DNA from: Patescibacteria group bacterium
GTDB lineage: Bacteria; Patescibacteriota; Minisyncoccia; Phycocordibacterales; PALSA-1337
Assembly (NCBI GenBank): GCA_038065395.1
Contig: JBBTRB010000006.1
Location: 19,493 to 83,492, forward strand
Length of the DNA stretch: 64,000 nt
Direction: 5' to 3'
Shown here: positions 41,097 through 51,191 of the stretch, one piece after another
Position numbering within the stretch: position 1 is the first letter of the stretch
Layout: each line of letters begins with the position of its first letter
Position numbers and translations under genes: made by a program
The notes under the pieces: generated by a model
Databases searched by the model: none
Told to the model about the DNA's origin: nothing
The model's input: the letters and a program-made list of their open reading frames with translations, nothing else

Positions 41097-43520
41097 CTAT
41101 GACTCATCCTCATCGAGAGGTAATGTTGAACGCTTTTCTGGGGCAGGTGTCACAGGGGCTCGTGCATCTTCGAAAGGACCGTTACCCGCTTTGAGGTTTT
41201 TGAGGATAAGTGCCACTTCTTGACTCGCAGGGTTCGAAACTGTCAAAGCCTCGAATTGTTTTATGGCATCAGACCTCTTGTTCTGATATGCATAGGCGAG
41301 TCCAAGGAAGTACTGCGCATTGGCGTAATCACTCTGTAGAGCAAGAGCCTTGGAGAGCATATCTACTGCCTGAGAATACTGCTTGTCGCTATAGTAGAGG
41401 AAGCCGAGCTGGAACCATGCCACAGCACTCGATGGGTCAATCTCGGTAGCTACACGTGTCGCAGTAATGGCATCTTCAACTCTACCTGTAGTGACATATA
41501 TTTGTGAAAGAAGGAATATGGCATCGAGATAGTTGGGCTTGATCTTGAGTGCAGTACCGGTAGACTCGATCGCCTCATCGAACTTCCCTTCGGAAGCATA
41601 GAACCGGGCAAGGTTGAGATGGATCTGTGGGTTACGAGGACTGGCCGCGATCGCCTTGGTATACGATGCGATCGCACCTTCGACAGAACCCTTCATCTTA
41701 AGATTTGCTGCGACCTCGAATACACGAGCCTCGGAAGCATAGTTGTAATAATTGGTCGGATCATAGGCGATCGCTCGTGATGCGGCTTTGAGTGCGTCGT
41801 TGATCGTACCGATAATGCGAACATTGAGCTCTTCCGGAGTCGATGAGGCGACCGCCCCAGCATCTCCGCGTATCAAGGCGACAGCTTTCGCCAAGAGCGA
41901 CTCTACCTCGGCTCGACGATATATATCGGACGTATCGAAGATCAGGGCTTTCTGGAAGGCATCGTATGCCTGATCAGTGTTACCTGTGATCGTCAGTGCT
42001 TGTACCCCGGAACTAAAATATGACAGTGCCACGACTTTTTTGATATAGATGGCTCCCCAGACGATACACAAGATTACCAGAACCATCGGAAGAACTGGAA
42101 TGAGTCTCTGGTGGACCAAGCCTGTCTTCTCAGATTTCAGAGGGTACGTAGTGGCATGAATAACTCCATAACTCGTTGCGAGTGAGAGCATGATACCCGT
42201 CATGAGGCTCGCATAGAAAAGTATGTGGAGAGAAGGTATCGAAAATACGATCATGAACCACAGGAACATCGAGAGAACAGATGCGACAATGAGCATACTA
42301 CGCTGTGCTGGATCTTCTGGCATCTTGCGATATATACGGAGGAGACATAACGCAAGCACACCGAGGAGAAGGAGTAGTGCCAGGACACCTACTCCGCCGA
42401 GAGTTGCGACATATGTTCCGAGTGCACTCGAACCAACATTGAATTCTGCATTCCATACAGGAGTCTGGTTGATCTCAAGGGGTTTGCTGGTCACATATGC
42501 CTGGAAGAAACTATTAGGACCGGTACCGAACAACGGATGAGTCTTGGTGACCTCGACGGCGATATCTGTCGTGTATGACCACGGAAGAACGATCTCGGCA
42601 TACTGTGTATTCAATGTATCGACGACCGGACCGATGATCATAGCGCCCTTCCATGCACATAGAGCAAAGACCAGGGTCAAGATAACTAATGCTCCTGACA
42701 CGCGCCGAGATGGAGACGCCTGGGCAGAAGAGACGAAGCCTGGTGCACCATATCGGTAGACGGCATAGGCGAGCAACAGAGTCGCTACCGTAGCGGCTTG
42801 CCATACGACGACATATTGAACTACACAGACACTCAAGAATCCGACCCCGACGAGTACCCATGATAGTTTGCGCATACCCGAGGACATCTTGGTGAACAAG
42901 AGTCCTGATAGTGCCAAGAACATCACGAAGGCTGCATATGCGCCGAATGTATACCAACTACCAATTATAGTAGAGGTGATCGTCGGCAAAAATGTCCCTG
43001 CGAATATGTCTGTACCTGTCAGAGCAATGATGATGCGAACCCAGTGAAATAGTGCCAGGAGCATGAACGGTATACTCATTGCTACATAGAGATATTTGAC
43101 TCGTGATATATGATCTCGCGTGTAGACATACGCCACATACACCGCAAGGAGAAGTATCAGAGTGAATCCAGCTGTTGCAAACTCAAAACCTTGGCCGAAG
43201 AATGACTTGCTCATATGGCCACTGAACAGCGTGGAGGCCAAGAGCGAGAGACCGAAAATCCCGAAAGCCCAGGAGACTTTTTGTGGTAACAAGGTGAGGT
43301 GACCCTTCTTGTGAGTCGACAATATGATACAAACACTAGAGATGAGCACTCCGAGTGATATGACGAGAGACTTGACGATCTCTAGTGCAATATAGGGACT
43401 CGTCACAAAGACAAGAGGTGTCAATGCGCTCGTTGCGAGGAGTATTCGGAATCCCCACGTGTCGAGAGAAGCGTTTCGAGATGAAGGTACTGGTTCCGAA
43501 GAATGATGTTCTGGGTGCAT
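41097..43520 (-). CDS. Polytopic membrane protein (O-antigen ligase/Wzy_C-like) with C-terminal TPR repeats
   Basis: About 12 TM helices, HPLFGTGPNSF motif, several TPRs. Confidence 0.8.
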   Translation of the reverse strand: MHPEHHSSEPVPSSRNASLDTWGFRILLATSALTPLVFVTSPYIALEIVKSLVISLGVLISSVCIILSTHKKGHLTLLPQKVSWAFGIFGLSLLASTLFSGHMSKSFFGQGFEFATAGFTLILLLAVYVAYVYTRDHISRVKYLYVAMSIPFMLLALFHWVRIIIALTGTDIFAGTFLPTITSTIIGSWYTFGAYAAFVMFLALSGLLFTKMSSGMRKLSWVLVGVGFLSVCVVQYVVVWQAATVATLLLAYAVYRYGAPGFVSSAQASPSRRVSGALVILTLVFALCAWKGAMIIGPVVDTLNTQYAEIVLPWSYTTDIAVEVTKTHPLFGTGPNSFFQAYVTSKPLEINQTPVWNAEFNVGSSALGTYVATLGGVGVLALLLLLGVLALCLLRIYRKMPEDPAQRSMLIVASVLSMFLWFMIVFSIPSLHILFYASLMTGIMLSLATSYGVIHATTYPLKSEKTGLVHQRLIPVLPMVLVILCIVWGAIYIKKVVALSYFSSGVQALTITGNTDQAYDAFQKALIFDTSDIYRRAEVESLLAKAVALIRGDAGAVASSTPEELNVRIIGTINDALKAASRAIAYDPTNYYNYASEARVFEVAANLKMKGSVEGAIASYTKAIAASPRNPQIHLNLARFYASEGKFDEAIESTGTALKIKPNYLDAIFLLSQIYVTTGRVEDAITATRVATEIDPSSAVAWFQLGFLYYSDKQYSQAVDMLSKALALQSDYANAQYFLGLAYAYQNKRSDAIKQFEALTVSNPASQEVALILKNLKAGNGPFEDARAPVTPAPEKRSTLPLDEDES

Positions 43521-43572
43521 AGGGATGTTATAACGTTATTATTCCGATATAGCACCCAGTATAGCAAAAAAG

Positions 43573-43601
43573 AAAATACCCGTCTTTAGAACGGGTATTT
43601 T
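43573..43601 (-). terminator. Terminator of rnpB
   Basis: aaaatacccgt-ctttaga-acgggtatttt with A tract on its left. Confidence 0.8.
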
Positions 43602-43609
43602 CATGTTGC

Positions 43610-43970
43610 CACACCATAAGCCGAATTCTGTATCTGACAATCATTTATCTGGTCCTCCATTCGCACGGAGGATCTAGCGACTCTTTCCGATGCACCTTGC
43701 GGTGAGCGGAACACGGTCTTGCACCAACGTAAGGGTTTTGCCGTTGCATCTTCCTTATTACTAGGGAAGCTCGCCCCGATGCACCTTACGGTGATCGGGG
43801 CGCCCTTCGACTTTCGTCTCAGGGCGTCACTGTTCGCACCTCTGGGTGTTACCCTGGCAGGAGTTACCTGCTACGTGCTTTTCCGATGCACCTTACGGTG
43901 AGCGGAATGGTGTTCGGACTTTCCTATCCGAACGCCGTGAGGCGCATCGGATCGATTGTCTGGTGGTGCG
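43610..43970 (-). ncRNA. rnpB: RNase P RNA
   Basis: Reverse complement contains AGGAAAGTCCGAAC near the 5' end and ACAGAATTCGGCTTA near the 3' end (P4); promoter TTGTCA-17-TATAAT at 44005-43977. Confidence 0.93.
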
Positions 43971-44019
43971 TATACAATTATACCACTTCATGAGTTATTT
44001 GACAATCCCCTTTTGACCC

Positions 44020-45024
44020 CTATTTGACCACCTCCTCTTTCTTCTTACCATGCGCATGTGAGTCTACCTCATAACTGGTGTTCTGGGCTTCGAAGAAGTT
44101 CACGAGTTCGTAGACGTCCGTGGCAGCTGACATCCATTTTGCAGGGTTGGTGACGTTGTAATATTTTGGGAAGCCGAGTTCCTCGAGACGACGGTCGGCG
44201 ACGTACTTCACATATTGGTTAACATAGTCGGCATTGAGACCGAGGATGCCTGTCGGGAACAGATCTTTGTTGTAGTCGACTTCGTGGTTGACACCTTCGA
44301 TGATGATGTTACGGATATCATCGGCGAACTCTGGTGTCAGGAGGTCTGGATTTTCTTCGAGGATATTGTGAATGAGGTTGATGCCAAACTTGAGGTGGAG
44401 ACTTTCGTCACGAAGTACCCAGTTGATCATCGAACCGAAGTTGCGGAGCTGTTTGCGCTGACGGAATGACAGCACCACCATAAAGCCCGAGTAGAACCAG
44501 ATACCTTCCATGACGATGTTGGTTGCCACCAGGTTGCGGATGAAGTCCATCTTGCCCTCAACTGTCTCAACATCGAGAGAGGTCTCGGTCATACGCTTCA
44601 TGTATCTGTTGATATAGTCTTCCTTGGCCTTCATCGAAGCAACGTTGAGGTGATGAGCAAAGACTTTTTCGCGATCGAAGGGGAAGGTGTCGAGTACATA
44701 TTCGAAGGCCACACAGTGGTTGGCTTCTTCCCACATCTGCTTGGCGAGATAGAGGTGGCATTCGGGAGATTTGATGTATGGATATACACCGAGCGCCAAT
44801 GAACGGTTGACGATGAGTTCTGCGGGGTTGAAAAAGGACATCAAGAACTCGACCGCATGACGCTCGTCTTCGGTCATGCGAGCCCAGTCATCGAGGTCTT
44901 CTTTGAGGGTGATCTCGTGCGGGAACCACGTATTGCGCACAGCTTGCATGTAGAGATCATACGCCCAACGATACTTGATGGGATGCAAACTGGTATCTTC
45001 TGGTGAGGCTTTGCCGATCAACAT
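44020..45024 (-). CDS. nrdB: Ribonucleotide reductase small subunit, class Ic-like
   Basis: Ferritin-like EEANH, EGIWFYSGF, RDESLH; Phe at the radical-Tyr position; NFFE tail. Confidence 0.92.
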   Translation of the reverse strand: MLIGKASPEDTSLHPIKYRWAYDLYMQAVRNTWFPHEITLKEDLDDWARMTEDERHAVEFLMSFFNPAELIVNRSLALGVYPYIKSPECHLYLAKQMWEEANHCVAFEYVLDTFPFDREKVFAHHLNVASMKAKEDYINRYMKRMTETSLDVETVEGKMDFIRNLVATNIVMEGIWFYSGFMVVLSFRQRKQLRNFGSMINWVLRDESLHLKFGINLIHNILEENPDLLTPEFADDIRNIIIEGVNHEVDYNKDLFPTGILGLNADYVNQYVKYVADRRLEELGFPKYYNVTNPAKWMSAATDVYELVNFFEAQNTSYEVDSHAHGKKKEEVVK

Positions 45025-45151
45025 AAAATTAAAAGATTAAACAATATAACTATTAAACTCAGACTAACATACCAACCCTTCTGATGTGCACTACCTAAAT
45101 TCCCTTTTCTATTTCTTAATTGTTCTATAGTTGAATGGTTAAATTCCTGTC

Positions 45152-48142
45152 CTACTCACACCCGACACAAATATTGGCTGTACCCGGATCTTCCATGGCT
45201 GAAGATGGCAGATGGCTCGGTCGGTAGTCTTTTTTGCCGAAGTTGTCCATCATTTCTTGGACTTGTTCTGGAGTCAGAGTTGGTTTCTTGGGAGCCGAGG
45301 CAACAGAAGAAGTCACTGGATGCGGTGCAGTAAACCCTATAGGAGCATGTGCCACGGGAGTAGGTTGTGCCATAACAGAAGAATGTGCGACTGGGGTGGC
45401 GTTCGGGTGACTTGCCAACTTGTGCATCATCTCGGTCATAGGATCTGCATGGATGGATATGGGTTCTGTATGATGGACCATTTCGACATGGTCAACCTTG
45501 GAGGCGACTGCCCCGAAGCCTTTTGTAGGAGCTGCGACAGAGACTTCAGGCATTTTTTTGCTTTCTTGGAAGGGGAGTTTGCTTTCTTGTTGGATGTCTT
45601 GGGAAACAGTGCTTGCAAAAGAATCCTCTACTGTATGCGAAGCTGGGACGGCTACTGGCACACGGTTGTCGACCGTGATACGTGCGATCTCGGCATCACT
45701 CAATGGCGTAGGAACCGGTTCGCGATCCTTGGCCATGTCCCCTTCGGATTTGCGTGTAGAGGCGACTGAGGCAAATCCGACTTTGCCCATCTTCTCGGCC
45801 TTGTTGACCTTGGTGGTCGACTGCTCTGCAGTGTGACGAGGCTTCATGTGGAGGTAGTAGGTGGACTTGAGACCTTTCTTCCATGCACTCATGTATATGC
45901 CCATGGTCTCATCGATATCACGGGTTGCAAGATACATGTTGCGTGACAATGCTTGGTCGACCCACTTTTGGGCGCGAGCAGCAACCTCGATATAGGCATG
46001 AGGAGATGTGGTGAAGGAGGTCTTGTAGATCTCCTTGAGTGACTGAGGGATACCCGGGATCTCGGAGATGTCACCTTGGTGTTCGATGATGGCTTCGCGG
46101 ACTTTTTCCCAGATGCCCATGTTCTTGAGATCCTTGACCAGGTTATGGTTGAGGTCGAGATACTTGCCAGAGATCTTGTTGCGAGAAAAGACTTGTGCGA
46201 AACGTGCATCGATACCCGGAGTTGTACCGACGACCAGTCCAATGTTGGCATTCGGTGCAACCGCCATGAGAGTGGCGTTGCGGATGCCGGACTTGACCTT
46301 GGCACGCAGAACATCCCAATTGAGACCGCGATGCTTGCTCATCTGGTCGACGGTCACTGGTATGCCACGGGATTGGCCAACCTTCTTCATAGTGTCGACT
46401 GGTACGAGACCTTTGGACCATTCTGATCCTGGGAAGTTGATATATGGGCCACGTTCGCGAGCAAGGTTGGCACTCTCGTCGATCGCCATATAACTGACGA
46501 ATTCGAAGATACGATCTGCAAAGTCCCATGCATGCTCGCTGTCATATGCCATACCGAGACGCTCGATGGTGTCTGCGAAGCCCATCACGCCGAGTCCAAC
46601 AGCGCGGTTCTCTTTGTCAGACTTGATCGCTTCGGGTATCGGGAGCATGTTGATGTCGATCAGGTTGTCGAGCTGACGGATAGCCAGACGTACACTCTCC
46701 TCGAGACGGCCCCAGTTGACCTCTTTGTTGTTGACGTGAGCGGCCAGGTTGAGGGAGGCGAGGTTACATACAGCCACATTGTCCTTGTCTTGAGGCAGAG
46801 TGATCTCGGTACAAAGGTTGGACATATGGATCGTACCGGTGTTGTTGTTGAGAGCACGGTTGTTGATGGTGTCTTTCCAGACCAGCCATGGATGCGAGGT
46901 GGACTGTAGAGCCACCAAGATCTGACGGAACTGTTCTGCGGCGGGGACCTTCTTGAACATGCGGAGTTTGCCGCTATGAGCCATCTCGACATACTCGGCA
47001 TAGCGCTTGCTGAACGCCTGACCATAGAGCTCGTTGAGGTCACGAGTCTCGGCTGGGTCAAACATGTACCAGTCTTCGCCCGCTTCGACACGCTTCATGA
47101 ACTCGTCCGAAAGGAATACGGCAGTGTTGGCCGTGCGCATGCGAAGATAGTCGTCACCGGAGTTGTGCTTCCAGTCGATGAACTCCGGGAAGTCTACGTG
47201 CCAGTTCTCCATGTAGAAACAGAGAGCGCCGACCTTCTTGCCGCCACGCTGAACAGCACGGATAGCGGTATCGATGATCTTGGCGAACGGTGTCGGACCA
47301 CTCGAAGCTCCTCCGAAACTGGATTTGAGAGGGGAACCGGATGCGCGGAGTTTTGTGATCGAAAGCCCGATACCACCAGAAGACTTGGAAAGGAGGAGGA
47401 CATCGGATACGGTCTTTGCGATATGAGACATGTCATCGTGCATCTCCATGAGGAAACAGTTGGACAGAGACGATCTGACGGTACCTGCACCGAGGTTGGT
47501 GGATCCGCCAGCGATGTATTCGTGACGAGACATCTTGGTATAGAACTTCTTGGCCATGGCAGTAGGGTCCTTTTCGTTGTACGAAAGTCCCATAGCGATA
47601 CGCATAAAGAAGTATTGAGGAGTCTCGAGAGGGTGGTTGCGCTGGTCTTTGAGGAAATAACGGTTGATCAAGCCATCGAGACCGGCATAGACGAAGAGTT
47701 CGTCGCGTTCGATCATGAGAGCATCAGAGAGCTTGGCGAGGTCGAACTTCTCGGCCATGTCAGTATGGAGGCGTCCTTCGGCAATGCCTTTGCGGATATA
47801 TTCTATGAAAAAGTCTTTGTGCTTTTGCTCGAGATCCGTAGGGTCTTCTTTGTCATATTCACCGATGACACGACGATATACAGTCTTGAGAAGTAGGCGA
47901 GTGGCGACTTTGTCATACTCAGTGTCTTCTTTGATGTTCTGGACGGCGGTATTGATGGTGGCAAGGTCGAGCTCATCGGTTGTGATGCCATCATAGAGCG
48001 TGAGTTGGGTCTCGGTAGCAATCTGAGTCACCATTGAGATCGGATCTGTCAGTCCTTTGCAGGCACGCTCGATCGAACGATTGACTCGATCGGCATTATG
48101 AGGTTCGCGCGTTCCGTCGGTTTTGGTGATGAATATGCTCAT
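45152..48142 (-). CDS. nrdA: Ribonucleotide reductase large subunit with ATP cone
   Basis: N-terminal ATP cone, SNCF, SNLCTEI, CNLAS, KSTYYL, C-terminal CVGCE. Confidence 0.95.
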   Translation of the reverse strand: MSIFITKTDGTREPHNADRVNRSIERACKGLTDPISMVTQIATETQLTLYDGITTDELDLATINTAVQNIKEDTEYDKVATRLLLKTVYRRVIGEYDKEDPTDLEQKHKDFFIEYIRKGIAEGRLHTDMAEKFDLAKLSDALMIERDELFVYAGLDGLINRYFLKDQRNHPLETPQYFFMRIAMGLSYNEKDPTAMAKKFYTKMSRHEYIAGGSTNLGAGTVRSSLSNCFLMEMHDDMSHIAKTVSDVLLLSKSSGGIGLSITKLRASGSPLKSSFGGASSGPTPFAKIIDTAIRAVQRGGKKVGALCFYMENWHVDFPEFIDWKHNSGDDYLRMRTANTAVFLSDEFMKRVEAGEDWYMFDPAETRDLNELYGQAFSKRYAEYVEMAHSGKLRMFKKVPAAEQFRQILVALQSTSHPWLVWKDTINNRALNNNTGTIHMSNLCTEITLPQDKDNVAVCNLASLNLAAHVNNKEVNWGRLEESVRLAIRQLDNLIDINMLPIPEAIKSDKENRAVGLGVMGFADTIERLGMAYDSEHAWDFADRIFEFVSYMAIDESANLARERGPYINFPGSEWSKGLVPVDTMKKVGQSRGIPVTVDQMSKHRGLNWDVLRAKVKSGIRNATLMAVAPNANIGLVVGTTPGIDARFAQVFSRNKISGKYLDLNHNLVKDLKNMGIWEKVREAIIEHQGDISEIPGIPQSLKEIYKTSFTTSPHAYIEVAARAQKWVDQALSRNMYLATRDIDETMGIYMSAWKKGLKSTYYLHMKPRHTAEQSTTKVNKAEKMGKVGFASVASTRKSEGDMAKDREPVPTPLSDAEIARITVDNRVPVAVPASHTVEDSFASTVSQDIQQESKLPFQESKKMPEVSVAAPTKGFGAVASKVDHVEMVHHTEPISIHADPMTEMMHKLASHPNATPVAHSSVMAQPTPVAHAPIGFTAPHPVTSSVASAPKKPTLTPEQVQEMMDNFGKKDYRPSHLPSSAMEDPGTANICVGCE

Positions 48143-48383
48143 GGGTAGTAAAGTTAACTCACGCTGTTAATCAGTGCGGTAAGGATCATTATAACTCCTA
48201 ATTTTTTATATGACGAAAAGAGCAGGGGAGTTTTGGGTCTTTTTTTGTATTAAAAATAAAAAAATAAAGTTTGTGAAGAGCGATCTCAAAATAGATTGGC
48301 ACACAAAGACTTTTGAGGGCACTTTTCTGGAAAAAATAAAAAGGGGCTTACAACAATCTCCCCTCCCCTACCCCTGGAAAAAG

Positions 48384-48392
48384 TTATCCACA
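48384..48392 (+). promoter_or_regulatory. Perfect DnaA box upstream of nrdAB
   Basis: TTATCCACA about 240 bp upstream of nrdA. Confidence 0.45.
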
Positions 48393-48438
48393 GGTGCCTT
48401 TCCCTCAAAAACCAAACCTTACTAAAGGTTTTTTGCAT

Positions 48439-48511
48439 CGTCATCCCTCGGAAAAGAGTAATTCGAACGTAGTCTACGTACGCGCAGATCCCCGCCTGCG
48501 CGGGGATGACG
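48439..48511. repeat. Degenerate GTCATCCC-type palindromic element
   Basis: cgtcatccc ... gatccccgcctgcgcggggatgacg; same family as 29912-30055. Confidence 0.7.
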
Positions 48512-48532
48512 AAAATAGATGCCGATAATCCC

Positions 48533-49036
48533 CTAAAATCCCAGTTGACTACCCTTTTTTAGGCCAAAATCCGCCGCTTTGCCTGCATTGAGCTCCAAAA
48601 CGTACTTTATGGGCACCGGAGACGTAAAAGCTTCTGGATAAGAGTCTGGTGAGACATTCTCGGCGATACCTACGACCTGCTTGTGCTCATCGATCCAGAC
48701 AATATCGAGTGAGAAATGCATATCTTTCATCCAGAATGACTGCGTTCCTATTTCAGGGAAAATAAAAAGCATTCCGACGTCGGGAGGCATGCTCGGACGG
48801 TCACTGAGTCCATGCTGACGGAGCACGTCAGTGTCGGCGATCATGGCTGATATGGTTCCGTTGGGCGCTTGGATGGTCGAAGTTGCAAGTGAGATCGAAG
48901 ATATGTTCGAATCCGATATTTTTGAGCTTGAAACAAGCGCGTTCTGATCCTGAGTACGAGAATCTCGGGAAAATGGGCCGACCTCTGATACGGATGCGAG
49001 AACAATGATTCCAAGGAAAATGAGGGCGATTTTCAT
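48533..49036 (-). CDS. DUF192 family protein
   Basis: GLS.R, GMLFIF, FWMKDM..SLDIVW, YVLELNAG. Confidence 0.92.
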   Translation of the reverse strand: MKIALIFLGIIVLASVSEVGPFSRDSRTQDQNALVSSSKISDSNISSISLATSTIQAPNGTISAMIADTDVLRQHGLSDRPSMPPDVGMLFIFPEIGTQSFWMKDMHFSLDIVWIDEHKQVVGIAENVSPDSYPEAFTSPVPIKYVLELNAGKAADFGLKKGSQLGF

Positions 49037-49087
49037 GATATGCTAGTAATCGTAGCATATTCATTATAAATCGATTATTTTACCCGT

Positions 49088-49501
49088 ATGTACACAATCA
49101 ACTTTTGGCCTATTCTTATTTCTGCACTGGTGAGTTTTGGTATTGGAGCACTGTGGTATTCGCCGATCCTTTTTGGCAAAGAATGGATGGCTCTGATGAA
49201 GCTCGACTCTTCTGATATCGAAGGTATGGGCGCAAAGACTATGACCGGTTCGTATGCGATACATCTTATTGCGAATATTATCTCGTTCGGAGTACTAGCC
49301 TTCATTATTGCTATCTCAAGTGCTCAAGGTGGCAGTGACGGGGCTTTCATCGGTCTTATCGCCTGGCTCGGCTTCGTAGCACCGATCTCCGTCTCGAATC
49401 TACTCTGGAGACGTGACCCTCTGAAGCTCGTCCTGATCGACACATTACAAATCTTGATCTGTCTCGTTATCAGTGGCGCGATCATCGGGGCTTGGAAGTA
49501 G
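49088..49501 (+). CDS. DUF1761 family membrane protein
   Basis: N...I...A...F.IGALWYSP.LFGKEW. Confidence 0.85.
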   Translation: MYTINFWPILISALVSFGIGALWYSPILFGKEWMALMKLDSSDIEGMGAKTMTGSYAIHLIANIISFGVLAFIIAISSAQGGSDGAFIGLIAWLGFVAPISVSNLLWRRDPLKLVLIDTLQILICLVISGAIIGAWK

Positions 49502-49516
49502 CCCACATCCATACAT

Positions 49517-49975
49517 ATGCAAAAAATAACACCGAACCTATGGTTCAAAGGTAATGCACCAGAAGCTGTTGCCTTTTATCTGTCGGTTTTCCCGGGAAGC
49601 AAGATCGTGAGCACCGCGTATTATCCAACAGAAGGACTGCTGGATTTCCAAAAAGAGTTCGCGGGCAAGGAACTTGCTATCACGTTTGAGATGTTCGGTC
49701 AGCAATTCCTAGCGATCAACGCTGGCCCTGAGTTTACCTTCACTGAAGCTGTTTCGTTCAACATCGCCTGCAAAGATCAGGCAGAGATCGACTACTATTG
49801 GAGCAAACTCACCGCAGATGGTGGCGCAGAGAGCGTCTGTGGCTGGTGCAAAGACAAATACGGCCTCTCCTGGCAGGTCAACCCAGAGAACATGGATGAA
49901 CTGATGCAAAGACCTGGCGCCTTCCAGAAAATGCTAGGAATGACGAAAATAGATATGGCGACGATGGAGGCCTAA
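49517..49975 (+). CDS. VOC/PhnB-like (3-demethylubiquinone-9 3-methyltransferase family) protein
   Basis: QKITPNLWF, NAGPEFTFTEAVSF, CGWCKDKYGLSWQV. Confidence 0.92.
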   Translation: MQKITPNLWFKGNAPEAVAFYLSVFPGSKIVSTAYYPTEGLLDFQKEFAGKELAITFEMFGQQFLAINAGPEFTFTEAVSFNIACKDQAEIDYYWSKLTADGGAESVCGWCKDKYGLSWQVNPENMDELMQRPGAFQKMLGMTKIDMATMEA

Positions 49976-50235
49976 GCAGAACTCTCTGTATCATCCTTAT
50001 CATTCCCCCACTGCCAGCGCGGTTTCTCGCCTTTTGTGTAGCAAATAACCAGGAGAAGGAGCGTGAGGATGAGTACGGATGAGAGGAATGGTATCGCCTG
50101 ACCAAGCGAAGGGTCTTCGTCTACGTTCAACGAGAGCGCAAAAAGTGCTCCTACATATACGAGCAAGGTCACCCACCCTTGCCATGTTGCAGGTACCCAT
50201 CCGTAGCCGTATCTCTTGCGTTTGAACCATATCAT
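49972..50235 (-). CDS. Small two-TM membrane protein
   Basis: WFKRKRYGYGWVPATWQGW...KGEKPRWQWG. Confidence 0.8.
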   Translation of the reverse strand: MIWFKRKRYGYGWVPATWQGWVTLLVYVGALFALSLNVDEDPSLGQAIPFLSSVLILTLLLLVICYTKGEKPRWQWGNDKDDTESSA

Positions 50236-50345
50236 ACTGCTATTTTAGCAGGTTTTGGCTGTAGCGGAATCATCGTGGCCGTGTTTGACATGTCATCTAC
50301 TTATCTCACATTCTGTGCTAGATTGAATACCTAAAAACTACATCT

Positions 50346-51053
50346 ATGGAAAACCTTGGATTCCCTATGCGGATCAACAAATATCTGGCCTTACACGGAC
50401 ATTCGACACGCCGTGGTGCTGACGTGCTCATCGAAACCAAGCAGGTGTTCATCAATGGCAAACCTGCCGTGCTCGGTGACAAAGTCGGAGAAAAGGATGT
50501 AGTTGAAGTTCGTCTGAAAGGCAAGAAAAAGGAGTACCGCTATATTGCCTACAACAAACCACGAGGTATCGTGACGCATTCTGCACAAGGTGATGAAAAA
50601 GAGATCGGCACCGAAGTCCCGGTCAAAGGCGTATTCCCTATTGGTCGCCTCGATAAGGATTCACATGGTCTCATCATCCTTACTGATGATGGACGTATAA
50701 CCGACAGACTTCTCGGACCTTCCTACAAACACGAAAAAGAATACGTCGTAAAAACAAAGGAAAAACTGCGATCAAGTTTCAAGGAGAAAATGGAAGCCGG
50801 GGTTCAGATCGACGACGAAAAAACTGCCCCCTGCAGAGTACACATTCTCAATGATTTCTCATTCAAAGTTATTTTGACTGAAGGTAAAAAACACCAGATC
50901 CGTCGTATGTGCGTAGCGCTCTTCCAGGAAGTTCTCGACCTCCAGCGCATTCGTATTATGAATATCAAAATTACTCACCTAGCCGAAGGTGATTATCGAG
51001 AGATACAAGGCGAAGAACTTCAAACCTTTTTGCATTCATTAGGGTTGGTGTAG
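50346..51053 (+). CDS. RsuA/RluB/RluF-family rRNA pseudouridine synthase
   Basis: S4 domain, GRLDKDS, EGKKHQIRRM. Confidence 0.95.
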   Translation: MENLGFPMRINKYLALHGHSTRRGADVLIETKQVFINGKPAVLGDKVGEKDVVEVRLKGKKKEYRYIAYNKPRGIVTHSAQGDEKEIGTEVPVKGVFPIGRLDKDSHGLIILTDDGRITDRLLGPSYKHEKEYVVKTKEKLRSSFKEKMEAGVQIDDEKTAPCRVHILNDFSFKVILTEGKKHQIRRMCVALFQEVLDLQRIRIMNIKITHLAEGDYREIQGEELQTFLHSLGLV

Positions 51054-51104
51054 TAAAACAAAGATGCTTTTTCGGTTCGTTTTTGCTACTCTGTTCTGAC
51101 ACAC

Positions 51105-51191
51105 GGAGGGTTCGCATAGTGGTCTAGTGCACCACCTTGGAAAGGTGGCATACCTTAACGGGTATCGAGAGTTCGAATCTCTCACCCTCCG
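51105..51191 (+). tRNA. tRNA-Ser(GGA)
   Basis: GGAGGGT/ACCCTCC acceptor, CCACC-TT-GGA-AA-GGTGG, long variable arm, G73. Confidence 0.95.

Noticed and set aside
43685-43907. Three 23-27 bp repeats as a CRISPR array
   Set aside because: Spacing is irregular and too long, they lie inside RNase P RNA, and there are no cas genes.
48180-48420. Replication origin
   Set aside because: Only one perfect DnaA box, no dnaA/dnaN nearby, no visible skew switch.
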